Shown one piece after another: positions 1-12,360 of a stretch of 64,000 bases of DNA. This DNA comes from Trichodelitschia bisporula (taxonomy: Eukaryota). Position 1 is the first letter of the stretch. Each line of letters opens with the position of its first letter. The DNA is taken from contig ML996705.1 of assembly GCA_010356995.1 (NCBI GenBank), forward strand, positions 310,001 through 374,000. The letters are read 5' to 3'. The notes beneath the pieces were generated by a model. The model saw nothing but the letters and a program-made list of their open reading frames with translations, was not told where the DNA came from and ran no database searches. The position numbers and the translations under genes are program-made.

Positions 1-155
1 AGCGCCACTTGGAACTGGCAGTTTTTAATGTGTATCTCTCGCATTCGCTCCATTCACGCTAGAAGTACAGAAACAAGAAGCGCCACTAGATCCATGCATA
101 CGGTGGAGGTATTCATGCTCACACCCACTATCGGAAATTACCAAGCTTTTGGCAG

Positions 156-1016
156 CTACTTGCTGTCCTTGCTGTCCTTACTGTCCTCGCTGTCCTTGTT
201 ATCCTTGCTGTCCTCGCCACCTTCAGGGCCAGTGCCTTTCGCGGTTTCGGGCTAAACAACAGTTAGCGGTAGCTCTTCCCACAATGGATTGATACACACT
301 GGTCCTCATACCTGGGGACGGTCAGGCTTGATGGTTCCCTTGACCTTCGCCGAATCAACGGTGCCTTCACCCTTGCGGCTCTTGTCGGTATTCTCCGAGA
401 CGTCGGACGAGTGCTTGGTGTCGGTGTTGGAATTGCCAGCCTGCTTCTTGCCACCCATTTCATCACCCTCACCGGAGCTCACGCCCTCGCCGACCTTGGT
501 GCCGTAGCCGCTGTCAATGCGCTTTTTGTGGCCTTTGGCATCGACTTCAGACTTGTGGTCATCTGTATCCTCCTTGTTGGTCGGGCCTTTATTGCTGGGT
601 GCGCCCTCCTCTGTGCCACTCGGAGAGTCTTTCGGCGCCCCCTTCTCCTTGGGATGATCCGGCACCTGCTTTTCCGGCTTCAGGTCATGAGGATCATGGC
701 CATGAGGCTTTGTCGACGTGTCGCCAGAGTTGAGAATCATGAAGACACCAGGGACCGACACGCCCACAGCGGCAAGCAACCTGAAATGCAGAAGTAAGCG
801 ACGCACTGCGCTGTAACAGGAAAGTGTCAATCCATTGCAAGGGAACACTTACCATGGGAGGTCACTGCTGGCCTGACGCATCGCAGGGGAGCTAGAGGAG
901 CTGGCATACTGGCGGGCAGCGCAGCGGCGAACGACAGGCGTGCGAAGGAAGCTGGCAGGACGGACAAGGCTGGCAGAGGAAGGCATACGCAAGGCTGCCG
1001 TTCTTAAAGAAGCCAT
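156..1016 (-). CDS. Small hypothetical protein with mitochondrial-type presequence, one hydrophobic segment and a charged low-complexity tail (3 exons)
   Basis: ATG at 1016 gives MASLRTAALRMPSS...RQYAS (Arg/Ser-rich). GT-AG introns 852-781 and 311-252 join in frame to a TAG at 158-156; the C-terminus has KDS/EDS 9-nt repeats. Confidence 0.7.
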
Positions 1017-1811
1017 TATGAAGCTGTTGAATGCGCAATTGAGAGAATGTGAATAAAGCAGTTGGGGTATGTACGGTGGTTTGGGGGGGGACAATGGGTT
1101 TACAGGTGTGCAGTTTGGTGAAGTTGATGGAGTAGAACTGGTGGAACCAGCTTGGAAGAAGCCACCCAGCAAGTCCCGCAGGGCAAGCCAGGCACGACCC
1201 ATCATGCTCGCGTCATCCGGCGTCTTCACCCGAGGTTGCCAAGCAGTACGGGTTCGTTAACCAACATCTAGATATCTGTTTACTTTCCTCCTATTTCAGT
1301 TAAGCCACCGCTATCCGAATCGATCCTCCTCCCCCAGAGCTGGGGAATCCGTGCACCGCCTGTGGCTGAGAAAGAAACCCCGCAGACGACAACCAAGTGG
1401 GAAAGCTACCACCGGCTCCCACTCGCGCCTTCCTAGAAGTCGACTTTCCTCTCCCCCCACCAGCAGACAATATCACCGTCGCGTCTTGGTCATAAGGCGT
1501 TACGTGATCATCTCTTCACAGGCACTTGAACTAGACCTCACCTCGTATCTTTCGCACCACTTCTTCAGGCTGTTTGTTTGCCCCGCACTTCCTAGCCTGG
1601 CTTTCCACAAACATTCACCATACAGCACCCGTCACCGAACCGCCTGCTTACCCGTGTCTTCGCTTGGCGCACATCTCTTGGACTGTATACCGTACGTAGA
1701 GTACAAAGCTTACCTAGTGAATCTGCTCACCTTCACCTAGTGTCTGGCAGCATTCCCCGAGCCGCCGTTTCGCAAGCCACCCGAAAGGCACGTCTGAACT
1801 AGATATCCAGC

Positions 1812-4800
1812 ATGTCATACGCTACTTCGGTAGCCAACCCAACAGGCCTGCTCCCTCGACTCCAAGATGAAGATCCCGACATCCGGTACATGGCGCTGAA
1901 CGATCTCTTCGAACTCCTGAATGCCACAGGGGCAAGCGTACTAGCTCATGATGCTCCAGCAAGCAATAGAGTTGCAGATGGTTTAGTGTCTTCTCTGAAG
2001 GACAAGAGTGGCGAGGTCCAGAACATGGCCATGAACTGCCTTACACCCTTTGTCCAGAAGGTCCAGGATACCGCCATCCTGAAGAGCCTCATCGAAAAGA
2101 TTGCACAGCTGCACTACGCCGAAGGAGTCGACTTGGCCGTGCCGGCTCTGGCTCTTCGCGCCGTTGTCATCGCTCTTCCGCGCCCTGTTCCCAACACCCC
2201 TAGATCGAAACCCGTCCAGGAAGCCAGCGCAACCGTCAGCAGGGGCTTGCTTCCTCAGATTCTTGGCCTCTCTACCCAGGGAATCTCCTCGGCCAAACCT
2301 CCGTCGATGCTAAAGCGGGATCTGGCTACCGGAACTGATAGCAACGTAGTGGACGTCGTCATCGAGGTTGCTAAGCGGTTCGGCTCCATCCTTCAGGAAG
2401 GCGAGGTGTATGCACTTGTTCGGTACTTGATGCAGCTCCTCCGGAGCGACAAGCCGAGCGTCGTGTTCAAAAAGAAGATGATCGTTGGACTTTCGGCCTT
2501 GGTCCAGTATCTTTCGGACAAGGTCGCCATTCACGTCATCGGACAAGTCGTAGAATACCTGCGCGACGATGCACTTGCGTTAAGCAAGCGAAAGGTGTTC
2601 TTGATGCTACTAGGCTCCCTTGCCAAATCCATTCCCTCAGTGTTCAGCCAGTCTATTGAGGGAGTGACGCCTGTTATCTTGTCCGCCTTGAGCCAAGAAC
2701 ATATTGACCGAGACGTCGCGCACATGGAAGAGACAGAGGAAGAGCGTGACCCGGAATCCGATGAGGTCCGGGATGCGGCGCTCACCACCCTCGAGCATCT
2801 TCTGACGTCCTGCCCTGAGGAGCTGGAGCCATATGCAGACCAGTGTCTGGAGATTATAGTCCGTTTTCTGAAGTATTGCCCGAATCTTGCTTATGAAGAT
2901 GATGATGATATCAACGAAGACGTTGACGACGATCTCGACCTGGAAGAGGACTTTGAGCAAGAAGCTGGTGCCGATGATGATGACGACTTAAGCTGGAAGG
3001 TGCGGCGAGGCGCGGCCAAACTGGCTCGCACCTTCATCGCGACCCGCGGTCGTGAAGATCTTGTCGGTCCGAAGAAGTTGTACACCAAGCTGGCTCCTGT
3101 CTTGGTTTCGTCGTTCAAGGAGCGCGAAGAAACCGTACGCTTGGAGATACTTGCGGCTCTCTCGCTGCTCGTGCAGCTTACAGCTGGCCAACCCTCAACA
3201 TTATATGCTTCATCTGTCCCGACTTCATCGCTTGGCCGCATGGACCCTCCTCCGCTGCCTAAACGCCGGAGAGTGGGAAGTGATGTGAGCATGGTTGACA
3301 CCGAAGCCAACTTTGCCTCGCGGTACGAGGCGCTTCAGAAGCCATCTGGCTCCCTCGACGGTTCTGTGAAGCTGCTGGAGCAACTAAGCCCTGACATTGT
3401 TCGTGGCGTAGCTGGGCTGCTGGTGTCAGCTCAGCCGAATCAGCAGGCAACGAAGCAGGCGGCCCTAGTACTTGCACGCGATCTCATCGCGGCTCTGCGA
3501 GATCGGCTCGTGGGCTTCCTTGACCAGATCGTTGATCCTGTGGTCGATGCAGTCAAGTCTCCAGATAACAAAAACGTGACCACCGGAAATGCAGCTGCCG
3601 TCAACGCCTACCGGACGGAAGCCCTTCACCTGCTCGGCACGATTGCAGACACGCACACACCTCAAAAGCTGGAGCGGCATTTCGCTACAATCATTCCGGC
3701 TCTTGTGGTTACGGTCCAGGAAAAGTTCGGCAAAATTTCAGCAGCCGCGCTGGACTGCATCGGCGCCTATGTGGGTGCGCTGACCCCCCCACGCGCTGAA
3801 CCCGCAGTCCCAAATGCCGCGTACATCGCAGTTCTCTTCACAGCCGTCTCCAATACCGTCTCAGGGTATGACGCCGACACAGAGGTGCGCCAGTTGGCCA
3901 TATACACCTTAGGGCAAATCCTCAGCTCGACATCGGGTACGCAGCTGCTGTCTGCTGAGGCTCGAGCCAACGGCCTCCAGCTCCTCGCCTCGCGCTTAAA
4001 GAACGAAGTCACGCGTCTCGCCGTCGCACATGCCATCGCTTCCATCGCTATCGCAGCCCAGGACCCCAAGGAGTTCCCTCCTGGCTGGACTAGAGACGTG
4101 AGCCTGGAACTCGGTGCGCAGCTTCGGAAAGCAAGCCGGTCGCTGAGGGGCTCCAGTCTCGCAGCACTGAAAGCCATTTTTGTCGGTGCAGCCAGCCAAG
4201 AATCCATCGATAATGCCACGGTTGCCGAGATGCTCCCGTTGATTTTGCCACTGCTTAACACCGGTGATTTGCACCTCCTCGGGCCAGCCTTGCGCATTCT
4301 GGCAGCCTTTGTCGAGAAGGATGCGCGTAACGTTGTCTCCTCCGAATTCATCTCGGCAGTTTGTCAGCCTATGTACCTTCCCCTTGGTGATAGTACGTTG
4401 GAGGCTATGCTGCACTTGGTTCGAGTTGTTGGCAAGCTAGGGGTCGGAGGACCATTGATGGCCAAGCTTCTCAAGGAAATCAGCCTGGCTGCCAACCCAG
4501 ATCTTGTAGGCAAGGTTGTGGGCAACCTTCTGGTTTCTGGTGGCCCTACCGTTGGTGTCAAAGTGGACGACTTCATCAATGAAACTGTCACTAGCCGCGA
4601 CGCGGAGCGCAAGTGCCTTGCTCTGTCGGTGCTGGGCGAGACGGGACTGCTGATGGGCGACCAGTCGCCTCTGTCCCCGGAACTCTTTATCAGCCACTTT
4701 GATGACAAGATCGCAAAGGTTCGACTGACGGCTGCGGTCGCATTGGGCCGTGCTGGGTCGGGCCGGATCCAAGCCTACCTTCCGCCCATCTTGTCTCTAA

Positions 4801-5883
4801 TGGAACGGTCAGGTCAAGCACCCGAGCAACAATACTTGCTCTTGCATGCAGTCCGGGAGATCGTGGATCACGAAGGCGCCAAGTCGGATATCGTTCCATA
4901 CGCCGGATCTCTCTGGAAGAATCTCATCGCAGCTTCACTGGCAGAGGACAACAAAGTGATTGGTGCCGAATGCATCGGTAAGCTGGCTGTTATTGATCCC
5001 AAGACCTATCTTCCTCAACTCCAGGTGAGCTGCCTTACGATCATGGCTTGATCGGGCTGACTGTACAGGCTTTTCTCACCGACAGCAACGCAACCGTTCG
5101 GGGGATGGTGATCTCGGCTCTGCGCTACACCTTTGCCGATCCCAAGGAGCCGTACGACGACAACTTAAGGGCTGTGGTTGTGGACATGCTCAAAGCCATG
5201 CTGAAGGAGGAAGATCGAGAGAATCGCCGCCTTGCGTTGCGGACCATAGGCGCCGCTGCCCAAAACAGGCCGGAGCTGGTCCACCAGCATTTGGATTATC
5301 TTAGCCAGCTGATCATGCAGGAGACCGTCCTCCGTCCTGAGCTCGTGCGCGAGATCCAGATGGGCCCGTTCAAGCACAAGGTCGATGACGGCTTGGAGCT
5401 GAGAAAGGTGTGCTTGCTCGTTCGGGACTTGAGACTCTTGCTTATCGTTTACAGAGCGCTTACGAGTGTGTCTACGCGCTCCTTGAATCCGCATTCCCAC
5501 TTCTTCAGATCGGCCCGCTCTACGACCGGGTCATCGCCGGACTGGGCGATGAACATGACATCCGCATGCTCTGCTCCCTTATCCTAACCAAACTGATAAA
5601 CTTGGCGCCCGTAGAAACCGCGGCGCGTCTGGATCTTCTCGTCGAACCTTTCCGCACCGTCCTCAGCGTCAAGACTAAGGACAGTGCCGTGAAGCAGGAG
5701 GTCGAGCGTGTTGCCGAGGACAATCGTGACGTTGTGAAGGTCAGTGTGATGCTTGCGCGCCGTTGGGCAGAAGAGAGCTCGGAAACCTCACGTCCGTGGG
5801 GGGCGTACTGCGAGTGGATGCGGAAGGAGTTTCCTCAGCTGGTGAAGCATGCTGAGGAGGAGGGGAGGGATAAGGAGCGGTAA
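1812..5883 (+). CDS. CAND1: Cullin-associated NEDD8-dissociated protein 1 (CAND1/TIP120), HEAT repeats
   Basis: Motifs DPDIRYMALNDL, DDDDLSWKVRRGAAK and VREIQMGPFKHKVDDGLELRK(S)AYE; introns at about 5024-5068 and 5408-5454. Confidence 0.95.
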
Positions 5884-6491
5884 ATTAGGGTAGAACAGCT
5901 AGCTCGCAACTCCGCACCCCAAGTAGCGGAGTAACTGAGTTGAACTGGGGGCATCGTTAGAGCGATGTTCAAAATTATTCCAACCCGTTTAAGCGAGCAT
6001 TCAAGCAATAGAATACTCCACATTAGAACATTCAACGTGCTCCTCGTGATAGCAATATCGCCCCTGGATTGAGCATGCGCCTCTCAGCCCCTGATCCTTG
6101 CCTCGCACCCCACATGGCAAGCATCTGGCCACGCGATGCCCATGTTCGGCGAACCATAAATACCATCGCTAACAGGATGCGGAAAACCGACGCAATCCAG
6201 ATGCAGCCTCGCAGGCGTGCAATGAAGCTAATTGAAGCCGCACGCCGCCCTATCTTATTTCCCCCCACAAAGGTCCTTACAAATTAGCCGGCGCATGGCT
6301 GCTTTTTCCCCACGCACGGGCACGTCAACGGCCCAACCCGCGCCGCCACGCGGCACGCGTTAAAACGGCGCGAGGTCGGAGAGATAAGACAGGCACGAAC
6401 GTCCGTTCGTCCCTGGGGTAAAGACACCAGAAAATTGTCGCCACTGGGAAGTGCTGTCTCTTGATTTCTTTGACGTCCTTGACCTTGTCTT

Positions 6492-7139
6492 ATGCTCCTG
6501 GACATACTCGTACACGGACTCCAACACCGAACCACGAGACAACACGCCTATCCTTACGCATACGATCGAACCCCTTCACCACACCCCACATCACCCCCAA
6601 ATGCTCGCAGCATGACCGCACAACACCTATTCCACCCCAGCGTGCGCCCACGCCCCCACTCCTCAGAATGCGAAGCCGCCGCCCTGCTCTCCACCATCGC
6701 AACCCTAGACATAACCGACGACGAAGCGCGCCACCTCCTCGTCGCGGACTTCGAACGGTCCGCGCGTATACTCTGCCGAACCCTCGACCACCTATCCAAG
6801 ATCCAGAACCACCGGCGGCGGCTCGCGGTGTGGGAGAAGACGCTCGCACTGTGGGCAGGCGTGTACGAGGAGGCGTATGCGCTGTTGCAGGTGCGGTGTC
6901 GCGGGGCGGGGGATAGGGGGGAGAGAAGGCTATGGAGGGAATTGACGAGGGCGGGGGGGGCGACGCTCAGGGGTGTGTTGGATCGGATTGAGGGGGCGAG
7001 GAGGGAGGAGGAGGAAAGGCTTGTGGTTTGGATGGAGGATGTGTTGGCCGAGAGTGAGGAGTTGTGGAAGGAACGGGAGGCGTTGAGGGTGGAGTTGAGG
7101 GAGTTGGGGGCTGTGAATGGGAAGAAGAGGAGGAGGTAG
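6492..7139 (+). CDS. Hypothetical helical/coiled-coil protein (start may be the ATG at 6612)
   Basis: 215-aa ORF with a helical charged C-terminus ending KKRRR; no recognised domain. Confidence 0.4.
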   Translation: MLLDILVHGLQHRTTRQHAYPYAYDRTPSPHPTSPPNARSMTAQHLFHPSVRPRPHSSECEAAALLSTIATLDITDDEARHLLVADFERSARILCRTLDHLSKIQNHRRRLAVWEKTLALWAGVYEEAYALLQVRCRGAGDRGERRLWRELTRAGGATLRGVLDRIEGARREEEERLVVWMEDVLAESEELWKEREALRVELRELGAVNGKKRRR

Positions 7140-7424
7140 GGGGGTTGGGTGCTGTTTGTTCTGCATCTGCATGGAGCGGGGAGCTTGTATTATGGATTCG
7201 ATTGCATCTTCTAGTGGGCTTCTAGCGAGGGTGGCTTCGATATTCTTGGCCTACCTGAGCGAGGAGGTACCGATGTATTAATGGGCATATGACGATGGAC
7301 TGGAGGGCGGAGAATTTGCATAGGTAGAATTCGGCCTCTGTGCCTGGGTATCGCCATCTATCTACTGTATAACAGAGCCATGCACCCGTGCAAGCCATGA
7401 TATTACATTGTTCCATAGGGCGGT

Positions 7425-10058
7425 TCAAATCAGCTTCTTCCCCCGCCTGGTTGTCCGTTTCACGGATACCTCCGCCTTGTCCGTGACAACTCCGATGCTG
7501 TTCGCCATCTTTCTCAGATCGCTAACCTCGACTGTCCCCCCCAGCTTTGCGATCAGTCGCGTACGATCATCCATCGTCTCGGAGTCATCGTATATGACCT
7601 TCTGGCTCGGACAGATGCCAATTGACTTCATCTTCTCCGTCTCTGGCTCCACAGGCCCCGCTTCAGCACTGTCCCCTAGCGCTTTGAATGCAGATGCAGA
7701 AGCCTGGTCGTCGACGAATGAGTCCACTCGTCCGAGACTGGTCGCTGAATCGGCACGACCAAGCTTCTGGAATTTGCGTCGAGAGACCGGCACATCGCTG
7801 CTATCCGCTGACGGTGGCCGACTTGCACTTTTGCGAGCAAGAAGCGCCGCTACCCTGTCCTTCAGTGGATCATACCCCGACGAAGTCTGTGACTTGGGCG
7901 GGGAAGATGACGGCTTTGGTGGGGAGGGTGGCGGCTTCATCGCGGCTGGTGGAGGAAGACTGATGCTCTCGGGGGCTGCCTTGTCGACGACCTTCTTATT
8001 CAGTTCGGTAGCAGTCTGCTCCCGTAAGGGCTGTACCAGCAATGATGCCGGTGGTAATGATTCCTCTCTGCAGTCCGACGCGTTATCTGGAGAATCCTCG
8101 CGGAAGGGGCCATGCGCAATGGAAATCTTCTTGGGAGGGCTTTGCTTTGCGACAACTGGTGCTGGAGCGGGGCGCTTGTAGTTGCTGCAAGACTGTTAGT
8201 TCAGTTCCGAGTCTTGTATATATCCCAGCAAAAAAGGGGGTGCTGCAAGTTATGCGCAACTTACTCGGGCACAACAAAGGGTTTATGCTCAAGTCGGGAT
8301 GTGTGCCTTACCTGTCCTTTTCACTCGGTTGCACTGACGCATTGGAGTCTGTTCCCGCCAAGCTGTGACCAAAGAGGTCCTTCTTTGGTCGGTAGGCAGA
8401 GGGCTGCTTTCCGGCGATGTATGGATCAAACTCCTTCATTATGCCAGTTGCGATGCAGTCGTGGAGCCAAGACGGGGAAACCACAGGTATGGAATGGTCC
8501 CGAGCAAAGGCAAATTTTTCCCGGTTCGGAAGCGAGGATCCGGTGATGACAACAGATACTTGAGGCGTCAGATACTCGCTGTATATGGCACCCAGTAGTC
8601 GGAGAGCCTTTGTGAGATGCAGTAAATTGACCCCCTGGAATCCGGTGGAGTGGACAGTGATATCGTCGAACCCTACTCCTAGTTAGTGTCATTATCGGGA
8701 TGGCCGCACCCATGTCACTCACCATCGATAGTCAGATACGGAAATGGGGTAGAAAACGGCTGGACGGCTGGGTCCAGATATTTCCGTTCCATGACGCAGG
8801 CTTCAACCCACCACTCAGTGATACGCGGAAGATTCGAAATATGTGAGGGAAGGGCATCCACTTGGAGGTTATGAGGTACGAGCAAGAACCGTGACGCATC
8901 AACCTCCAAGGCAAGAAGCGATTCCGCGTCCTCGAATATCTGGGCACCGTTCGGTTCAAGGAATTCGCACAGCTTCTCCTGCCTGGCAGCATCAAACCCG
9001 TAGATGTGCGTCTTCAGGCCACTAAAGATTCCTGTCTGCGCACTTTCGGAAAGACCTAGATCCGTTCCAAGAGACGCATTTTCGGAGAGAGAGGCGGCAT
9101 CTCCCAGTGGTGCTGTAGGCCGGCCAAGCGATTGATCTACTGGCAAAGGCGCTGGTCTTATCGAATCGAACATCTGATCGACCTCGCTGGCTAACATGGC
9201 CGACTTGATCCTCTTGATTTGGCGCTTGGGGGCCGGCTGTTTAGTCTCGACATCCGGGTCGGCCTCTCTCCGACGCTTGAGGGTTTGCACAGTCGGAGCC
9301 TGTCGATTCCATGCACCCTTTCCGCGGAGTGCTGGCGAGAGTGTGGGATTGTAGAGCGCTTCGTTCAGCACCATACCGCGCTCAACGCAGTCGCTGAGCC
9401 ATTCCTGTGCGACAATCTTTATATCCCACAGCTGAGAATACTCATACTTTTTGCCTTCGGGCTTAGCAGCAATGAGGTGCGTTCCCATACCCTTGTTGAG
9501 ACTAGGATCGTACGTTCCGCCGTTGTCTCGGATCATAGCGGTCATTGTCTTATGCAGCTTCTCTATAGAAACGTCAGCGGAGCAGGTAGCGGCGCGGCAC
9601 ACGTACCGTCGCGGAAACCGGTGAGGGTAATGACAAGGTTCCAGAAGACCGGCACCCGGTGTTTGGCCTCGAGAGCCTCAACGTCGGTATCTCCGCCGGT
9701 TATCCAGGATTGGCGCACAGCTTCAATGAAGTCCGGAAGGACGACCTTGATATCGGGGCGCTCCCTGGCAACATAGCGGTACTTTTCGGTGTTGATGTCT
9801 CCGACAATTAGGTGTGTAACGTTCGAAGTGAGGTCGTACTCGTGTCTGGCGCCCATCTCCGTGGCCGTGGTAGCTAGACGTTGCTTGCGACATTCAGTAT
9901 GAAGCTCGTGCGGGTAGAGACGTGCGACATACCCGTTCCTCAATTGAGATGCCCGTACAGCACAACACGGCGCCCGCGAGGGGGGTAGAGTCCTTTACTA
10001 AGGATTTCGCGTCAGTATATGAGCGCCGAAGAGCGCAATTGCATTTACCGGGTTCCAT
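7425..10058 (-). CDS. Multi-BRCT replication/checkpoint scaffold, Dpb11/Rad4(Cut5)/TopBP1-like (multi-exon)
   Basis: BRCT motifs PLAGAVLCCTGI, MGARHEYDLTSNVTHLIVG, NGGTY...THLI...WLSDC and ITEWWVEAC, spread over several GT-AG separated exons. Confidence 0.85.
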
Positions 10059-12360
10059 AGTGGTAGGGTACCAAGTATGGGCAATGTGTGGGACTCTCAG
10101 GGAACAAAGGACCAAAAGTCGCGAAGCGCGGGGGACGCGACGTGAGGGACGCAACATGCTTCTTGGCAAGGGACCCTCGGAAGCGGGTAAGGCGGAGCGG
10201 GGCGGGGCGGGGCGGAAATGCGGGGGGGACGGGGTCCAACGGCCAGCGTGGGGATACATGACGAATTCACAAAATTTGGAAACTCGTACCTCTGTACCTT
10301 TCACCCTACGCATCTATCTTTCTTCATCTTGCGCATATCGTCCGACCTAATCACATCACAGCTTACTTGCTGACCGCATGCTGCAGGCAATAGTTCTAGA
10401 CCACGCGACGGCTTTGTTCGTGAACTCATAATCTTGAGGTTACTCGAACAGACCTACTCTCTGTGCCCCCCCGCACACCTTACCGCGAAGCTTTGATGCC
10501 GAAGAGCAGCAGAGCACAGGATGCGGTGTCTCCAAGCTCCAATCAGGCAAAGTCCGAGTTTCGGCCTTCGCGCCCTTCCTCGCACCTTCTTGAGGGGCCT
10601 GGCGAAACAAAGAAGCAGAACCCCGGACGGTCCGGGCGGGCCATGAGAAAGAAACCCAGTGATCTTCCGTATGCTCTTCGTCTCACGACTCGCGACATTG
10701 GATTGGAGAAACGAAGGGCGAAGTGCAACGAATGACGCGGCAGCCTACGCGCTCCGGGAGTCCGTCAGCATGCCGCAGTCCCGGCAGATCCGACAGGTCT
10801 GATGTGAAGATGCAAAACGCGTCACGGTCGAGAAGCTGCTGCGGATGAGTTTTGAAGTCGTGAGCATGGACCCCTTGGACATTTGCACACCTCGAATCCG
10901 AGCCACACTGTTGATAGATGGCAGGGGGAGGTGGGGCCACTGCTGACCGCGTCAAGGGCGCGAAAGGGAATTCATCGCACCATCTACAGTACAACTTACA
11001 GTACTCTGGCAGGGCGCTTGCTTAGGTCATTCGTCTGACCATGGAACTTCCCCGTACTGCATAGAGTCCAAAGGGGAGTCCGTGACAAGTATCTGGAGTA
11101 GCTTCGGAGATGACCAGCGGATTCCCGCAAGTAGCCTGAGAAGCTAAATTCACTGAAGAAGTTGGTGAAAGGTTGAGTGGACAGGACACCAGAGCTTTCT
11201 CTTGCTTCTTCTTCTTCCCCCCCACAAAAAGCCGGTACAAGGTCGTTTACGTAGCGCCCGCCGTTTCCCGCCACTGACGTCGACAATTGTACTCTCAAAA
11301 TCAACCACAATCAACCACCAACTTCCCTTCTCCCGCCAGCCCTTCCCACTCCCTCTCGATCTTGCTTGTTCGTCTTTCCTTCAGTGTTTTCAATCCTTTT
11401 TTCTGCTTCGTCTCTTTTGCAGGTCGCGACAACCTCCGCCATTCTACCAGTCCACATCCTAAGATTCGGTCACGACTGGTACAATAGCTTTGCTGCTGCG
11501 ATAATCCACAGCTAAGCACGCGTGCCCCGCCCTGCAACCCCCTCTCCTCCCCAAGCATAACCCAAAGAGGGTGGGAAACCTGACGTGGGAACATTTGCCG
11601 CACAGCTGGCTCTGCGAGTCCCGTCCCATCCCATCTGCCCATCAGGCCTTGCGCTACTCTCTGCATATTACAGCTCGGCATCCCCACTACATATGCTCCT
11701 TGCGCCCTTTCGTCCCTTTCCTCCCTCTCTCTCTCTATTGTTTCGTTGGATCATCCGTTTGCGCACTCTCCCTCCTCCTAACACTACCCTACCACATCAC
11801 CTCAACACCACTGCGCGCTGCGCGACTCTCTTCCCAAACCCCAGGCGCCGCGTCCGTGTTCGGCTTCCAGGCCCCCCTCGTCGCACCATCTTTCTACCCG
11901 CTCAAAGATCCGCAACACCTTGAAATCCCTCCCTCGCTCGCCCTAGCAGTGAGCCACAGACTCCGTATACCAGGCACCAGTGTTATAGCCCACGCTTCAC
12001 AGCTAAGAGCAAGGAAAACCGACGAGCACATCCTTGCGCATCCAGGTCAAACGAACCCGTCTGCTAGCTGACACTCGTGTCAAACTGCCCCATACGCCGT
12101 GGGCTCAATTTATCTGGCGTCCCTCTGTAAGTTTTCATTTCTACTCGCCTTTGTCTACTTTTTGTCCGCTCTTTTGCGATCATATTTTTTCAGTCGTCCC
12201 TCTTGCTCTTTGTTCGTGGGAATTCTGTTCGTCCCTGCCGCTCGACGCCGATTGCGTGGCATTGCGACCACCAGCGCAGGAGCACTCTCCGGTGTGCTGT
12301 CGGATAGAGCGCCTTGAAAATCCCGCTGCGAGAGCGTACCGCAAACCATATTTTGCCCAA

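Noticed and set aside
7408..8181. 257-aa plus-strand ORF, and similar long antisense ORFs over CAND1, PCK1 and KAP123
   Set aside because: Shadow frames of GC-rich real genes on the opposite strand.
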